From Macrostomum hystrix (Eukaryota; Animalia; Platyhelminthes), in assembly GCA_950097015.1 (NCBI GenBank), contig CATNEN010000029.1, positions 3,720,001-3,784,000 of the forward strand: a stretch of 64,000 bases of DNA. The letters run 5' to 3'. A program made the translations under genes and the position numbers. The notes under the pieces were generated by a model that worked only from the letters and a program-made list of their open reading frames with translations, was not told where the DNA came from and did no database searches. Shown here piece after piece: positions 61,681 to 64,000 of this stretch. Within the stretch, counting starts at the first letter, position 1. Every line of letters begins with the position of its first letter.

Positions 61681-62548
61681 GGGAGAGATTAGACAAAGGA
61701 GATAATCGATTCGGGAGAAATTAGACCAAGGAGATAATCGATTCGGGAGAAATTAGACCAAGTAGATAATCTATTCGGGAGAAATTAGACAAAGGAGATA
61801 ATCGATTCGGGAGAAATTAGACCAAGTAGATAATCTATTCGGGAGAAATTAGACAAAGGAGATAATCGATTCGGGAGAAATTAGACAAAGGAGATAATCG
61901 ATTCGGGAGAAATTAGACCAAGTAGATAATCTATTCGGGAGAAATTAGACAAAGGAGATAATCGATTCGGGAGAAATTAGACAAAGGAGATAATCGATTC
62001 GGGAGAAATTAGACAAAGGAGATAATCGATTCGGGAGAAATTAGACAAAGGAGATAATCGATTCGGGAGAAATTAGACACAGGAGAGATTAGACACAGAG
62101 AGATTAGACACAGGAGAGATTAGACACAGGATAGATTAGACACAGAGAGATTAGACACAGGAGAGACTAGACACAGGAGAGATTATACACAGGAGAGATT
62201 AGACGCAGGAGAGATTAGACACAGGAGAGATTAGACACAGAGAGATTAGACACAGGAGAGACTAGACACAGGAGAGATTATACACAGGAGAGATTAGACA
62301 CAGGAGAGATTAGACACAGGAGAGATTCGACACAGGAGAGATTAGACACAGGAGAGATTAGACACAGGAGAGATTAGACACAGGAGATATTAGACACAGG
62401 AGATATTAGACACAGGAGATATTAGACACAGGAGAGATTAGACAACAGGAGAGATTAGACACAGGAGAGATTAGACACAGGAGAGATTAGACACAGGAGA
62501 GATTAGACACAGGAGAGATTAGACACGGAGAGATTAGACACGGGAGAG
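61681..62548. repeat. Compound tandem array: 12 x 32-bp units then about 30 x 16-bp units
   Basis: GGGAGAAATTAGACAAAGGAGATAATCGATTC (61681-62064), then GGAGAGATTAGACACA (62065-62548). Confidence 0.95.
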
Positions 62549-64000
62549 AAATTGTTTTGGATAGTGCCTGGTGGGTTGGATTCAGGAGAAAAGTTGGCCG
62601 AAATTCGCTGATTCGAGAAAAAAACAAATTTCATTCGGCTAGGAGAGAGTGAGTGACTTTCCGTGTCGCGTCTTTGTTCACAAATGAAGGCCCAGAACTC
62701 TTAGTATGAGTCACTCACTACTGATTTCTCTCTCATTAAAGAGAAAAGTAAGCATGCCTGCCCGGTGAAGTTTTAGTGTGCGGTAGAGGTAGTTCAGCAT
62801 CTTAATGTCCCTATAGACTATTCAAGATAAATGTTTTTATCTGTTGGTGTGTTGACACAAAGGTTCTAATTAGTAATATACATTGTTGGTTTTCATTCTA
62901 CTGTCACGCTGAGCCCTAGGGATCGGTGACAGTCCAATGCCCGTGCGGAAAATATATAGCATTATGTCGACAGAGTGAGTGACTGAGCTCACGCGCACAG
63001 AGAAGCTCTCTGTACGTGGTTGAGTCACCGCTCCAGGGTTCTCTAGCAGCTCAACCTAGCCCCAGCCACATCCCCGGTGTGTGATAGATATAGTCCCGTA
63101 AGCTCTTAGTCTGGCTGGGACGAGTGGAAATGCCTAAAAACGGGTGTGACTCACCCAGCTTCTCTTTGCTCTCGGGCAAACCAGAGTGAGCATGAGCACA
63201 GAGAGAGGGGGACACAATGCCTGGCTGAGTCACATGACTACTCAGCCACACAGCTTTCTCCAGCCTCTCAATGCAGGCGTGTTCTAGTAATTTATTCAAC
63301 TTGGCAAAAGCTTTCTCTTATCTACTTCTGTTTGCAGTGCTCACCAGTAAATTACATATAGCCACTTTCATCTTGGGGTCACGTGTCACTTACTCTGCTG
63401 AGCTTTTTGTATGCGTCTTCAATAATTTTGTACCTGACGTCAATACTAACGCTGATTCATTATCTCATTAGTCCTTATCCATTTGGTTAGGGCTGTGTAT
63501 TTCTCGCGGCCCGGTGAGTCCTCACTGAATGGTAGCACGCTGCAGTGGATATATTGCAGTCGCACTCTACATTTCATCTTCGAACCGAACTCGACCATAG
63601 CGATCAAAATGCTGGATGAGACTCAAATGTTTTACCACCTTCAATCTAAGACGATTCCGTCCGCAAGCGTCAGTGAAGCATGGCAGGCGGGTAGTAATAT
63701 TATACTGTCGCAATAAAATTACGTGCCAACTTCAACGTGCATTTAGGATTTGTAACTTGCGTGAAAAAAATAATTGTAGGAGGGCTGCGGGCAATGGCAC
63801 ATCATTTGGTGACACTAGACCCGCAGCCAGCGAGGAGGCAATTCTGCCCATTTCGCTGACTCCTGAGCACACACGCACACTGCAGATACTGTACGCAGGC
63901 ATATGGTTGTGTACATCTGCCCTGACTTTCTCATCGCCAGGCAGTGTACACTTCACTGTGCCTTGGAGCTGTACATTTCACGACAAGCTCCAAGCCTTCT

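Overview
This window is eukaryotic, metazoan DNA with GT-AG spliceosomal introns, AT-rich introns and many minisatellites. An invertebrate, possibly a flatworm, is my inference only. No prokaryotic features, CRISPR arrays, rRNA or tRNA genes were found. Left to right: (1) a giant multi-exon minus-strand gene that starts at 26410 with a signal peptide and runs off the left edge. It encodes a mosaic of C-type lectin, F-type lectin/F5-8 discoidin-like, kringle and LamG-like domains arranged as about four tandem super-modules. (2) A TGACGC-rich element carrying a frameshifted PWWP-domain ORF and a 47-bp satellite. (3) An apparently intact, very young BEL/Pao LTR retrotransposon inserted into that satellite. 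It has identical 304-bp LTRs with a perfect heat-shock element, a tRNA-iMet PBS, a GTAGC target-site duplication, and an odd duplication of the LTR end plus flank. (4) An intronless prominin-like gene. (5) A two-exon class A GPCR. (6) A five-exon MO25/CAB39 gene with different minisatellites in three introns. (7) A two-exon SPO11, head-to-head with (8) a three-exon MEX-3-like KH gene. (9) A compound 32/16-bp tandem array. All exon coordinates were read by eye; those marked approximate may be off by tens of bases.
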